From a bacterium (GTDB lineage: Bacteria; UBA8248), in assembly GCA_965204535.1 (NCBI GenBank), contig OZ241996.1:1024001-1088000 (forward strand): 64,000 nt of DNA, in the 5' to 3' direction. Shown one piece after another: positions 36,428-46,076 of the stretch. The notes beneath the pieces are model-generated. The model was not told the origin of the DNA and did no database searches. It worked only from the letters and a program-made list of their open reading frames with translations. The position numbers and the translations under genes are program-made. Position 1 is the stretch's first letter, and the number at the start of each line of letters is the position of its first letter.

Positions 36428-37438
36428 ATGATTCAGGAAGCCATCGGGAAGCTCGTGGAAGGCCGGCACTTGAGTGCGGATGAGGCGGAGAAGGTGATGG
36501 ACCTCATCATGACGGGCGAGGCCACCCAGGCCCAGATCGGGGCCTATCTCGTGGCGCTTCGCATGGCGGGGGAGACGCCGGAGGAAATCGCGGGCAGCGT
36601 CCGTTCCATGCGCGCCAGGGCGACGTGGGTGAAGACGAAACACCCCTTCGTCATCGACGTGGTGGGCACGGGCGGCGACGGCGCGCATACCTTCAACATC
36701 AGCACGAGCGCCGCCCTCGTCGTTGCGGCGGCGGGCCAGCCGGTGGCGAAACACGGCAACCGCGCGGTGTCGAGCAAATCGGGCGCCGCCGACGTCTTGA
36801 AGGCGCTGGGCGTGAACATCGAGGCCTCGCCTGAGAAGGTGGGCGAGTGCATCGACGAGGCGGGCGTGGGCTTTCTGTTCGCGCCCATGCTGCACGGCGC
36901 GATGAAGCACGCCATCGGCCCGAGGCGCGAGATCGCCATGCGGAGCATCTTCAACGTCATGGGGCCGCTCACCAACCCCGCCCGCGCCCAGAGCCAGTTG
37001 GTGGGCGTATACGCGCCCGAACTCACCGAGCTGGTGGCGGACGTGCTGCGCCAGGTGGGCTGCCGGAAGGCGCTGGTGGTGCACGGGTCGGACGGCATGG
37101 ACGAGTTGACGCTCACCGGCTCCTCGCGCGTATCGGAGTGGGACGGAAGCGAGATCAGCACGTATGACGTAACACCCGAGGACGCAGGATTAGACCGCGC
37201 CGAGGCAGATGCCTTGAAGGGCGGCGAGCCCGAGGAGAATGCCGATATCACGCGCGCTATTTTGGCGGGAGAGCAAGGCCCCAAGCGCGACATCGTGCTC
37301 TTGAACGCCGCCGCAGCCCTCATCGCCGCGGACAGAGCGGGGGACTTGAGAGAGGGCGTCGGGCAGGCGGCCTCGGCGATAGATTCTGGCGGGGCGGCCA
37401 AGGTGCTGGCGCGTCTCGTGGAGGTGTCCAATTCCTGA
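36428..37438 (+). CDS. trpD: Anthranilate phosphoribosyltransferase
   Basis: GTGGDG..TFNIST, KHGNR.VSSKSG.AD, GPLTNP. Confidence 0.97.
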   Translation: MIQEAIGKLVEGRHLSADEAEKVMDLIMTGEATQAQIGAYLVALRMAGETPEEIAGSVRSMRARATWVKTKHPFVIDVVGTGGDGAHTFNISTSAALVVAAAGQPVAKHGNRAVSSKSGAADVLKALGVNIEASPEKVGECIDEAGVGFLFAPMLHGAMKHAIGPRREIAMRSIFNVMGPLTNPARAQSQLVGVYAPELTELVADVLRQVGCRKALVVHGSDGMDELTLTGSSRVSEWDGSEISTYDVTPEDAGLDRAEADALKGGEPEENADITRAILAGEQGPKRDIVLLNAAAALIAADRAGDLREGVGQAASAIDSGGAAKVLARLVEVSNS

Positions 37439-37457
37439 GCGGGGCGGGGAGCGGCTT

Positions 37458-37629
37458 GGAGTTGTTGAAAAAGCCCCCTGACAAAGGCGAGGGGTGGTTT
37501 TGAGGGGTGAGGGTTTTGTAGGGGTCGCATACATGCGACCCGGCCTTTTTTCCGATCATGGGCCGCATATATGCGGCCCCTACACTGCAATTGGCAACCC
37601 GACCCAAAAGAGACTTTTTCAACAAGCCC
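37458..37629. mobile_element. IS1182-ended MITE (172 bp) carrying an inverted pair of GTAG REPs
   Basis: Ends GGAGTTGTTGAAAAAG and CTTTTTCAACAAGCCC, with 5-bp direct repeat GGCTT at 37453-37457 and 37630-37634. Inside are GTAGGGGTCGCATACATGCGACCC (37518-37541) and GGGCCGCATATATGCGGCCCCTAC (37560-37583). Confidence 0.75.
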
Positions 37630-37676
37630 GGCTTCGCTGGCCTATGGGTTGTCGTTTCTGCTGGGAGTATGAAATT

Positions 37677-38516
37677 TTGACGATTGCGACGCATACGGTT
37701 CTGGATAAGCTTGTGGAAGGCGTCCGCGAGGACATCGCCTCGGACAAGAGAAGGCGTTCCGAAGCCGACCTCAAGTCGATGGCGAAGGATGCGCCGCCGG
37801 CGCTCGATTTCGCCGGCGCGCTGAGAAAGCCCGATTCGGGCGAGGATGCGGATGGCGGCCGGATGCGCGTCATCGCCGAGGTGAAGCAGGCCTCTCCCTC
37901 CCAAGGGCAGATAGCCGAGACTTTCGAGCCGGCTGAAATCGCCAAGGTATATGAAGAAGGAGGCGCCGCCGCCGTCTCGGTGCTCACCGAGCGGAGGCGC
38001 TTTCTCGGCGAAATGGCGCATTTAGAACACGTGCGCGAGGCCGTGGCTCTCCCTGTTCTCAGAAAAGAGTTCATCTTCACCGAATACCAGATATGGGAAG
38101 CCCGTGCGGGCGGGGCGGACGCCGTCTTGCTCATCGCGGCCATCCTCGAGACGGCGCAGATGGAGGATTTGCGCGCTCTCTCTGAAGAACTGGGCATGGA
38201 CGCGCTCGTGGAGGTGTATGAAGAGGAAGAACTCGGGCGCGCCCTCGCGGCGGGGACCCGCGTGCTCGGCGTGAACAACCGGAACTTGAAGACCTTCGAG
38301 GTCGATACGGATCACACCGCCCGCGTGTTCGGGCGGCTCACGCCCGCGCAGAGAGAATCGCTCGTCCTGGTTTCAGAGAGCGGGATATTCGGCTGGGAGG
38401 AGGTGGCCCCGCTGGTGGACGAGGGAGTGGACGCCATCCTCGTCGGTGAGGCGCTCATGCGCGCGCCCGACACCGGAGCGTTGCTCCGCGAGTTGCGGGG
38501 CATCGGAGTCGAATAA
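37677..38516 (+). CDS. trpC: Indole-3-glycerol phosphate synthase
   Basis: IAEVK.ASPS.G, SVLTE, LRKEFI, GVNNRNL, VSESGI, LVGEALM. Likely TTG start after GGGAG. Confidence 0.96.
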   Translation: MTIATHTVLDKLVEGVREDIASDKRRRSEADLKSMAKDAPPALDFAGALRKPDSGEDADGGRMRVIAEVKQASPSQGQIAETFEPAEIAKVYEEGGAAAVSVLTERRRFLGEMAHLEHVREAVALPVLRKEFIFTEYQIWEARAGGADAVLLIAAILETAQMEDLRALSEELGMDALVEVYEEEELGRALAAGTRVLGVNNRNLKTFEVDTDHTARVFGRLTPAQRESLVLVSESGIFGWEEVAPLVDEGVDAILVGEALMRAPDTGALLRELRGIGVE

Positions 38517-38606
38517 CGGAAAACGTCCGGCGACGGACTCACCGTAAGGTATTGAATGTTTTAGATAAATCTGAGTTCCGTGCTATAGCCTGGAGGGGAA
38601 ACCTGC

Positions 38607-39497
38607 ATGTACGAAGAGATTGTTTACTACAGCGACGGCCTCAAAATCGCATCCCACCTCTATATGCCGAAAGACTGGCAAGTGGGCGACCCCGCCAGAC
38701 CCGCCATCATCTGCCTGCACGGCTACAGCGGGATGAAGGAGGTCTACGGGATGGACGTGCCCAGACGCCTTTGGGAGGAGGGCTACTTCATCCTGGCGCC
38801 CGATCACCGCGGCTTCGGCAAGAGCGAGGGCGAACGCGGCCGCCAGCGGCCCCTCGAGCAGGCGCAGGACACCTACGACGCCATCTCCTACATGGAGACG
38901 GTCGAGGGCGTGGACCCCGAGCGAATCGGCATTTTCGGCACGAGCTTCGGCGGGGCGAACGCCATCTGGGTGGCGGCCTTCGATGAGCGCGTGAAGGTGG
39001 TGGTCTCCTCCGTGGGGGTGCACGAGGGAGAGCGCTGGATGCGCTCGGTGCGGAGGCCGCACGAGTGGGATTCGTTCCAGAAGACGGTCATGGCGGCCGC
39101 CCGAAAGCGCGTCACCACCGGCGAGCCGACCACCATGCCGCTGCCCGAGATCATGCTCTGCGACCCCCATACGCTCCAGGTCATCCAGGAGAACCACCAG
39201 AAACACGGCGACTACGTGAAGGACTATGATCTGCAAAGCGCGGAAGCCTGCTGGCGCTACAAGCCCGAGTGGGTGGCCGACAGGATCGCCCCGCGCCCCG
39301 TCATGTTCATCTACTCGGAAAACGATTTCCTCGTGCCCGTACAGGAGCAAATCAGTTGCTACGAAGCCTGCGGAGAGCCCAAGAAGATCGTCAAGCTCCC
39401 CGGCGCGCAGCATTACGAGTCCTATTATTTCTGCAGCCCCGAACACCACGAGATCGGCATGGTTGAGGCGATTGAGTGGTTCAGGAAGTATTTGTGA
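38607..39497 (+). CDS. Alpha/beta-fold hydrolase (S15/CocE-like)
   Basis: LHGYSG, DHRGFGKSEG, nucleophile elbow GTSFGG, D.LVP and a C-terminal His. Confidence 0.88.
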   Translation: MYEEIVYYSDGLKIASHLYMPKDWQVGDPARPAIICLHGYSGMKEVYGMDVPRRLWEEGYFILAPDHRGFGKSEGERGRQRPLEQAQDTYDAISYMETVEGVDPERIGIFGTSFGGANAIWVAAFDERVKVVVSSVGVHEGERWMRSVRRPHEWDSFQKTVMAAARKRVTTGEPTTMPLPEIMLCDPHTLQVIQENHQKHGDYVKDYDLQSAEACWRYKPEWVADRIAPRPVMFIYSENDFLVPVQEQISCYEACGEPKKIVKLPGAQHYESYYFCSPEHHEIGMVEAIEWFRKYL

Positions 39498-39776
39498 CGC
39501 TTGAACCGGTGGCCTGAATGCCGGGGGCGACATCTTGGAAGGGCTTTAGGAAAAAATGGCAGCCTGGTTGGAGAAGGAAATGGAAGATATCTTTCGAGAC
39601 GCACCAGGTGAATCTTGAATTACAAATTATCCGGCAAAACGAGGATACATGAATGAATTTTTCAATCGGACTTTTCAGGGCCAGCTTGGTGGGATTTTGC
39701 TGAGTTTGTGCTCCTGTTCGTAATGCGTATTATGTTCAATAATCCCGCCTTCCCCTCATGAGAGCCGTTATCTTCA

Positions 39777-41099
39777 ATGACCAGGCAACTTCACCTCAAT
39801 TTGTTCATCCAGTCCCGGGGCCACCACGAAGCAGCCTGGAACCATCCCGATTCTTCGACAGCCTCACTTACCGATGTGAACTACTATGTCGATTTGGCCC
39901 AACGTGCGGAGACGGCGCTTTTTGATTCGATCTTTTTCGCCGATTCACTGATGTTGACACCGGATGCGCCGCGGTCCGGGCGACTCTGGCTTGAACCAAT
40001 CACTTTATTGGCGGCGCTCGCCGTCGCAACCGAGCGGATCGGGCTGATCGCGACGGGGTCGAGCACATATACCGAGGCCTTCAACCTTGCGCGGCAGTTC
40101 AGCTCGATTGACCACATCAGCAATGGCCGCGCCGGTTGGAATATCGTCACTACCTGGATGGCGAAGGTCGCGCGCAATTACGGTGATGCGGGGCAGGATA
40201 GCCATGCGGACCGCTACCTGATGGCCGAGGAATTTGTCCAGGTCGTCAAAGATTTGTGGGACAGCTGGGCCGATGACGCCGTGGTTGATGATCGCAGCGG
40301 CGGCGTCTACGCCAATAGTGAGCGAATTCGTCCAATCGACTTTAGCGGCAAGTATTACAGCGTTGCGGGGCCGCTGACCCTGCCGCGCAGTCCGCAGGGG
40401 CGACCGGTGCTGGTGCAGGCGGGATCGTCGGATGCCGGACGTGATTTTGCTTCGCGTCACGCCGAGGCGGTATTTACAGCCCACCTCGAAAAGGCGACGG
40501 TGCAGAAGTTTTACACGGATATCAAGAAGCGAGCGGTTGCGGCAGGTCGTGATGCAAACCAAATCCTGATTCTGCCTGGACTGAGCCCGATGATTGCGTC
40601 GACCGAGACCGAAGCAAAACGGATGGAACAGGATCTCAACGAGAGTACGGACCCGGAGAGCGGTCGCCGTACTCTCTCTTCACGGTTCGACGGACATGAT
40701 TTCTCGCATTTGCCGCTCGACCGGCCGCTGACGCCGGACGATTTCCCTCCACCCTCCAGTGTCGAAACCATGCGTAGCCGGTCCGAGTTGGTCGTCAATC
40801 TCGTGCGCAACGAAGGCCTTACATTGCGCCAGCTTCTGGCCCGTTTTGCCGGTGCTCGCGGCCATTTTACTTTCGCCGGCACGCCCGAACAGGTTGCTGA
40901 TTTGATTGAGGACTGGTTCCACGATGGCGCCGCCGATGGTTTCAATGTGATGCCGCCGCTTTTTCCCACGATGCTGGACGTTTTTGCGGAAGAGGTGATT
41001 CCGATTCTTCAGCGTCGCGGGCTCTTCCGGACGGAATATAAAGGCAAGACGTTGCGGGAACACTACGGGCTCGATCGACCCGCAGGACGGTTCTGGTAG
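39777..41099 (+). CDS. NtaA/DmoA/SoxA-family FMNH2-dependent monooxygenase (LLM class)
   Basis: GHHEAAW, FFAD, GRAGWNIVT, LWDSW, PQGRPVLVQAGSS, GTPEQVAD, LQRRGLFRTEY.GKTLRE. Confidence 0.93.
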   Translation: MTRQLHLNLFIQSRGHHEAAWNHPDSSTASLTDVNYYVDLAQRAETALFDSIFFADSLMLTPDAPRSGRLWLEPITLLAALAVATERIGLIATGSSTYTEAFNLARQFSSIDHISNGRAGWNIVTTWMAKVARNYGDAGQDSHADRYLMAEEFVQVVKDLWDSWADDAVVDDRSGGVYANSERIRPIDFSGKYYSVAGPLTLPRSPQGRPVLVQAGSSDAGRDFASRHAEAVFTAHLEKATVQKFYTDIKKRAVAAGRDANQILILPGLSPMIASTETEAKRMEQDLNESTDPESGRRTLSSRFDGHDFSHLPLDRPLTPDDFPPPSSVETMRSRSELVVNLVRNEGLTLRQLLARFAGARGHFTFAGTPEQVADLIEDWFHDGAADGFNVMPPLFPTMLDVFAEEVIPILQRRGLFRTEYKGKTLREHYGLDRPAGRFW

Positions 41100-41327
41100 A
41101 TGAAAAGACGCGGAATTTTGGGGCGAAGAAACCACCTGAAACAAAACACGTCGGAGTAAATACTGTTGTTTCACCATTATATTCTGGCTAACGAAAGATT
41201 TGTGGAATGCGATCATTAAGGGGGCCGCAGAACAGCCCTGATTTCGTGATTCGGTGTATGAAGCCGACCGGGGAGTAGACGCCACTCTCCCTCTTGCAGA
41301 GCGCCAACCAATCACTCCCCCCTTGAG

Positions 41328-41761
41328 GGGGTTGCTGGAAAAGTCCCTCATTGGCCGGTTCGATTCGTAGGGACAACCCCTCATCGGGGTTGCCTGCCCT
41401 CCGTGGTTGTCCTTTGTCGGGTATCGGACAGGCACAGAGGCCTGTCAATACGGAAGCCGTACGACGCCGTGATTTCGCAACGGCGGCGTCCGCCCGCCTT
41501 TTGCTTTTGGTCGTCATTCCGGCGAAAGCCGGAATCCATTTTCGCCTTTCGTCTTTGATCGTTTTCCGGCGTTAGCCCCGACCGGGGCGGGAGAGAATGC
41601 GGGGTCTGGAGCCGATGAAGGCGGATACGTTCAGGCGTTTGATTCCGTCTTTGTCCGAGCATGAATCAATGCGAAAAGCAAAAAGTCAAAATGGATTCCG
41701 GCTTTCGCCGGAATGACGGCGGTGGTCAATTCCGACCGAGGAGGACTATTTCAACAGCCCC
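41328..41761. mobile_element. IS1182-ended MITE (434 bp) inserted in the loop of a CCCCCTTGAGGG palindrome
   Basis: Ends GGGGTTGCTGGAAAAGTCC and GGACTATTTCAACAGCCCC (15/19 complementary), with 5-bp direct repeat TTGAG at 41323-41327 and 41762-41766. Cargo is a GTAG REP pair (41366-41452) plus a dRS3-like element (41513-41717). Confidence 0.8.
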
Positions 41762-41882
41762 TTGAGGGTCGGGCTTCCCGAGAGGAAAACCCGATAGTCA
41801 GCCAATGGTGTAAGCCCGCAAGCGAACTGGTGGGGAGAGTATTTTGTTTGTCGAGAACCTATTCTCTTTAGAACCGCCCCCC

Positions 41883-43028
41883 TCACGCAATCCTTGTCCC
41901 GAACTTCTCTATCGCTTCTTCCGAGAGTGTGAGCCCGAGACCGGGCGCATCGTTCAGATAAAGCGTCCCGTTCTCGATGCGGGGCGGGTTCTCGAAGAGT
42001 TCCGCCTGAAGCGGGTCGCGCTCGGGGTCCGTGAACGATTCCACGATGCAGCCAGCCGGCGAGGCCGCGACGATATGGGCATGGATGAAGCAGTCGTGGT
42101 GCGGAGCGATTTCCACGTGGTTGAGTTCGGCCAGGGCGGCTAACTTTCTCCCCATCGTGAAGCCGCCCATGCGCGTGCAGTCGAACTGCACGATGTCTAT
42201 CGCCTGTTCTTCCAGCAGCGCGCGCACGCCGTGCCCCGTCTGCTCGCTCTCCCCGGCGGAGAGGGGGATGTCCGTCTTACGCGCCAGAATCCTGAGTTCG
42301 CGCCTGTCGTCGAACCAGCGCACGGGTTCTTCCAGCCAGCGGGGGCGGATTTCCTTAAGGAGACGCGCGCCCTCGATGGCGGTGGGCAAATCCCAGGCGC
42401 TGTTCACGTCGAGCATGAGCTCGGCCTCATCGCCGATGACCTCGCGGATGACCCGCAGGCGCTCCATGTCCTCTTCGAGCGACGCGCCGCCGATTTTCGC
42501 CTTGAATGCCCTGTGCCCCTGCTCGCGCAGCATTTCCATCTCCTCGCGCAACTCTGCCAAATCCTTCCCGTCGCGGTAATAGGCGCAGGTGACGTAGCAG
42601 GGCACATCTTCCCGATAACCGCCGAAGAGGCGGAACAGGGGCTGCCCGGATGCTTTTCCGAGAATATCCCACATGGCGAGGTCCAAGGCCGCGCTGGTGA
42701 TGAGCAGCCCGTTTCGCGACCATTCCTTCAGAAATGCGATCTTCTGGTGGGTGATGGAGAAAATCTTCTCGTACAGCCTCTCGGGAGCGAGCGCGTCCTC
42801 GCCGATGATGAGTTCCTTGAGTCCTTCGTTGAACATCTCGGCCGCGCCCTTGATGAGGAGGCGGCTGCTGCCGAGGCCGAAACCCTCCAGCCCCTCGTCG
42901 GTTTTAAGCCGTATCAGCAACTCGTTCGCCTGGTGGACGGGGTAATGGCTGACCCAGTGACCGCGCTCCTCCGGAGGGCCGGTAAGCATGTATGCTTCGA
43001 CGTCTGTAATCTTCATTCTTTTCCTCAT
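41883..43028 (-). CDS. Mandelate racemase/muconate lactonizing enzyme family protein
   Basis: DLAMWDI.GK, KxK (FKAKIG), metal ligands D (MLDVN), E (WLEEP) and E (AGES), APH, PGLG. Confidence 0.93.
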   Translation of the reverse strand: MRKRMKITDVEAYMLTGPPEERGHWVSHYPVHQANELLIRLKTDEGLEGFGLGSSRLLIKGAAEMFNEGLKELIIGEDALAPERLYEKIFSITHQKIAFLKEWSRNGLLITSAALDLAMWDILGKASGQPLFRLFGGYREDVPCYVTCAYYRDGKDLAELREEMEMLREQGHRAFKAKIGGASLEEDMERLRVIREVIGDEAELMLDVNSAWDLPTAIEGARLLKEIRPRWLEEPVRWFDDRRELRILARKTDIPLSAGESEQTGHGVRALLEEQAIDIVQFDCTRMGGFTMGRKLAALAELNHVEIAPHHDCFIHAHIVAASPAGCIVESFTDPERDPLQAELFENPPRIENGTLYLNDAPGLGLTLSEEAIEKFGTRIA

Positions 43029-43164
43029 AAATTCGTATGAAATGTCGGATCGCGTTCGCAGGCCCGGCTAGTTTGCCAGAGCTTTGGGGCGTTCACAATC
43101 GCCGGGCCTTGGGGTAGGATAGCGCGGTTTCGGTGGCGTTATCTTTGAATCGGAGCCTTGCATC

Positions 43165-44004
43165 ATGAACGATTTGCCGAGAGTGAGCTATCTGGGGCCT
43201 GAGGCCACCTTCACGCACGAGGCGGCCATTCTGCGCTTCGGCGAGGGGGCCGCACTAACTCCCGTGCAAAGCATCGACGCCGTGTTCGATGATGTGGAGG
43301 GTCGCCGCTCCCGCTGGGGCGTGGTGCCGATAGAGAACGCGATAGAGGGCACGGTCAACATCACGCTCGATAGGCTGCTGGAATCCCCTTTGCTGGTGGA
43401 GGGTGAAATCAGGCTGCCCATCGACATCCACCTGCTCACGAACGCAGGCTCCATCGAGCAGGTGGAGCGCATACTCAGCCACCCCCACGCGGTGGCCCAG
43501 TGCCGGCGCTGGCTTCGGGCGAACGCCTCGGGCGTCAAGATCGAAGAGGTTTTGAGCACATCGTTGGCGGCGAAAATGGCCGCCGAAGACCCGGGACTCG
43601 CGGCCCTGGGCAGCCGTCTGGCGGCCGAGCACTACGGCCTGAAGGTTTTTGCGGAAAAGCTGGATTCCGAGATCATCAACGTGACGCGATTCTTCGTCAT
43701 CGGAACCGAAAAGCCCGAGCAGGCGGCGCAATCGAAGACGAGCCTCCTCTTCGGCTTGAAAAACGAATCGGGCGCGCTCCACAAGGCGCTTGCGCCCATC
43801 GCCGAGCGTGAGCTGAACATGACGAAAATCGAGTCCCGTCCTTCGCGTAGAGTGGCATGGGAGTACGTTTTCTACATGGAAATCGATGGTTTCGCGGAAG
43901 ATGAAGCAACCGCAAAAGGTATTCTGGAACTGAGAAATCTGGTGGATTTTGTTCGTGTGCTGGGCTCGTACCCCGTGCTGCAACGAGCGCGCGAAACGAA
44001 ATGA
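43165..44004 (+). CDS. pheA: Prephenate dehydratase (monofunctional, with ACT domain)
   Basis: YLGPEATFTH.AA, VPIEN, SHPHA.AQC, N.TRF, KIESRP, LGSYP. No chorismate mutase domain. Confidence 0.94.
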   Translation: MNDLPRVSYLGPEATFTHEAAILRFGEGAALTPVQSIDAVFDDVEGRRSRWGVVPIENAIEGTVNITLDRLLESPLLVEGEIRLPIDIHLLTNAGSIEQVERILSHPHAVAQCRRWLRANASGVKIEEVLSTSLAAKMAAEDPGLAALGSRLAAEHYGLKVFAEKLDSEIINVTRFFVIGTEKPEQAAQSKTSLLFGLKNESGALHKALAPIAERELNMTKIESRPSRRVAWEYVFYMEIDGFAEDEATAKGILELRNLVDFVRVLGSYPVLQRARETK

Positions 44005-44062
44005 TTTTGAGGGGTTGATTCGGACGCGAGGCTTTTACGCGTTCGAAGCATGAGGAGAGGGA

Positions 44063-45151
44063 ATGAAATTTCAAAGGGCGCGGCCCGTTTCGGACATTAT
44101 CGTCTACCAGCCGGGAAAGCCTGTGGAGGAACTCGAACGCGAACTCGGGGTCGCCGATTCCATCAAAGTAGCCTCGAACGAAAACCCCCTGGGGCCGTCG
44201 CCCAAGGCGCTGGCGGCCGTCAACGGCGCCATCGAGGAATTGCACCGCTACCCCGACGGCGGGGGGTTCTACCTCAAAAACGCGCTGGCCGAACATCATG
44301 GGTTGGCGCCTGCGAATTTCGTGTTGGGCAACGGAACCAACGAGGTTCTGGAGATTCTGGCGCATGCGTACTTGGATCCCGGAGACCCTGTCGTTTTTTC
44401 CGAGGGGGCCTTCATCGTTTATTACATCGTCTCTCAACTGAGTTCTTGCGAGATCAGGCGCGCGCCGATGCGTGATTATCACCAGGATATCGACGCCATG
44501 GCGGACTTGGTCTGCGAGAAGACGAAAATCGTCTTCCTCGCAAATCCCAATAACCCCACGGGGACGGCGGTAGGGGAGGGGAAACTCCGGGAATTACTGA
44601 AAAACATTCCGCGGAGCACCCTCCTCGTCATGGACGAGGCCTATTGCCACTACGCGCATCTCGAAGATTACCCCGACGCCGCGCGGATGCTGGGTGAATT
44701 CCCGAACCTCGTCGCCATGCGCACCTTCTCGAAGGTCTATGGGCTGGCCGGCCTGCGCGTCGGCTACGGGGTGGCGGATGAGGAAGTCGCGCAGGCGATG
44801 GAGAGCGTCCGCGAGCCGTTCAACGTGAATTCCCTGGCTCTCGTGGCCGCACAGGCCGCCTTGGGCGACGTTGATCACGTCGATAGGTCGGTCGCCGTGA
44901 ACGCCGAGGGCCGGGAGTATTTCGTGTACGAACTGTCGGCCATGGGCCTGCCCTTCGTGCCCACACAGGGGAATTTCCTGATGGTCGAGGTGGGCGAAGC
45001 GATGGGGGTGTACGAAGCGCTGTTAAGGGAAGGCGTCATCGTCCGGCCCGTGGCGGGATACGGCTTTCCGCGCCACCTGCGGATTTCCATCGGTACGCCG
45101 CAGGAAAATGAAGAAGTTGTGAAAGCGTTGTATAAAGTGCTAGAAATTTAG
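44063..45151 (+). CDS. hisC: Histidinol-phosphate/aromatic aminotransferase
   Basis: YQPGKP, ASNENP, NPNNPTG, DEAY, RTFSKVYGLAGLRVGY. Confidence 0.95.
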   Translation: MKFQRARPVSDIIVYQPGKPVEELERELGVADSIKVASNENPLGPSPKALAAVNGAIEELHRYPDGGGFYLKNALAEHHGLAPANFVLGNGTNEVLEILAHAYLDPGDPVVFSEGAFIVYYIVSQLSSCEIRRAPMRDYHQDIDAMADLVCEKTKIVFLANPNNPTGTAVGEGKLRELLKNIPRSTLLVMDEAYCHYAHLEDYPDAARMLGEFPNLVAMRTFSKVYGLAGLRVGYGVADEEVAQAMESVREPFNVNSLALVAAQAALGDVDHVDRSVAVNAEGREYFVYELSAMGLPFVPTQGNFLMVEVGEAMGVYEALLREGVIVRPVAGYGFPRHLRISIGTPQENEEVVKALYKVLEI

Positions 45152-45209
45152 ATAATACAAATGGATATAAATGTAATTTAATGTAGTTTATAGATATATT
45201 CAGAAAGGT

Positions 45210-46076
45210 ATGAATGTGCTTTTCGAGCAGATGGCCATCATCGGCGTGGGACTTATCGGCGGCTCGCTGGCGCGCGCCGCCCGGGAGAGGGGCCTCGTTT
45301 CGAGGTTCGTCGGCGCTGGCCGGAGTCTTGGCAACCTCGAACGCGCGCTTGAGCTGGGCGTCGTGGATCGCTTCGAGACGAACCATCTCGAGGCGGTGCG
45401 CGATTCGGATCTGGTGGTGGTGTGCACCCCGGTGCGCTCGGCGGTGCGGGTGACGGAGGCGATTTTACCCGCGATGGCTCCCGGGGCTTTGCTCACCGAT
45501 GTGGGTAGCGTGAAAGCGCCGTATGTGCGCGCGGTCGAGGCGATGGATTTGGGAGAGGTGAAATTCCTGGCGAGTCATCCCGTCGCCGGCGGCGAGAAAA
45601 CCGGGGTGGAGGCGAGTTTCTCCTCTCTTTTCGATGCGCACCAGACCATCCTGACGCCGACGGAGAGGACGCACCCTGAATCCATCGAACGTTTGCGAGC
45701 GCTATGGGAGGGAGTCGGCGCAAACGTCGAGATTCTCGACCCTGAAGCGCATGATCGCGTGATGGCCGACATCAGCCATCTCCCGCATTTGGTGGCTTAC
45801 GCCATGATGAACACCGCTCTTCAGGGTGATGCGCTCCGGCATGCGTCCAGCGGGTTTCGTGATTTTTCCCGAATCGCGTCTTCAGGGGCGGAAATGTGGC
45901 GCGAAATCTGCGAGGACAATCAGCAGGCGCTGCTGGGCGCGCTGGAGAGGTTCGAGAAAGAGCTGGCGGATATTCGCCGCTCCTTGGAAGAAGCGGATTC
46001 CGAGGGGCTCGAGCGCGCGTTTTCGAAAGCCAAAAACGGCCGGGACGAATGGGCGCGAAAAAAGGGTTGGGCTTGA
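45210..46076 (+). CDS. tyrA: Prephenate/arogenate dehydrogenase
   Basis: GVGLIGGS, TDVGSVK, HPVAG.E, HD...ISHLPH, GFRDFSRIA. Confidence 0.95.
   Translation: MNVLFEQMAIIGVGLIGGSLARAARERGLVSRFVGAGRSLGNLERALELGVVDRFETNHLEAVRDSDLVVVCTPVRSAVRVTEAILPAMAPGALLTDVGSVKAPYVRAVEAMDLGEVKFLASHPVAGGEKTGVEASFSSLFDAHQTILTPTERTHPESIERLRALWEGVGANVEILDPEAHDRVMADISHLPHLVAYAMMNTALQGDALRHASSGFRDFSRIASSGAEMWREICEDNQQALLGALERFEKELADIRRSLEEADSEGLERAFSKAKNGRDEWARKKGWA

Noticed and set aside
37494-37676. N-terminal extension of TrpC
   Set aside because: It is an open frame running through the MITE. The plausible start is TTG 37677.
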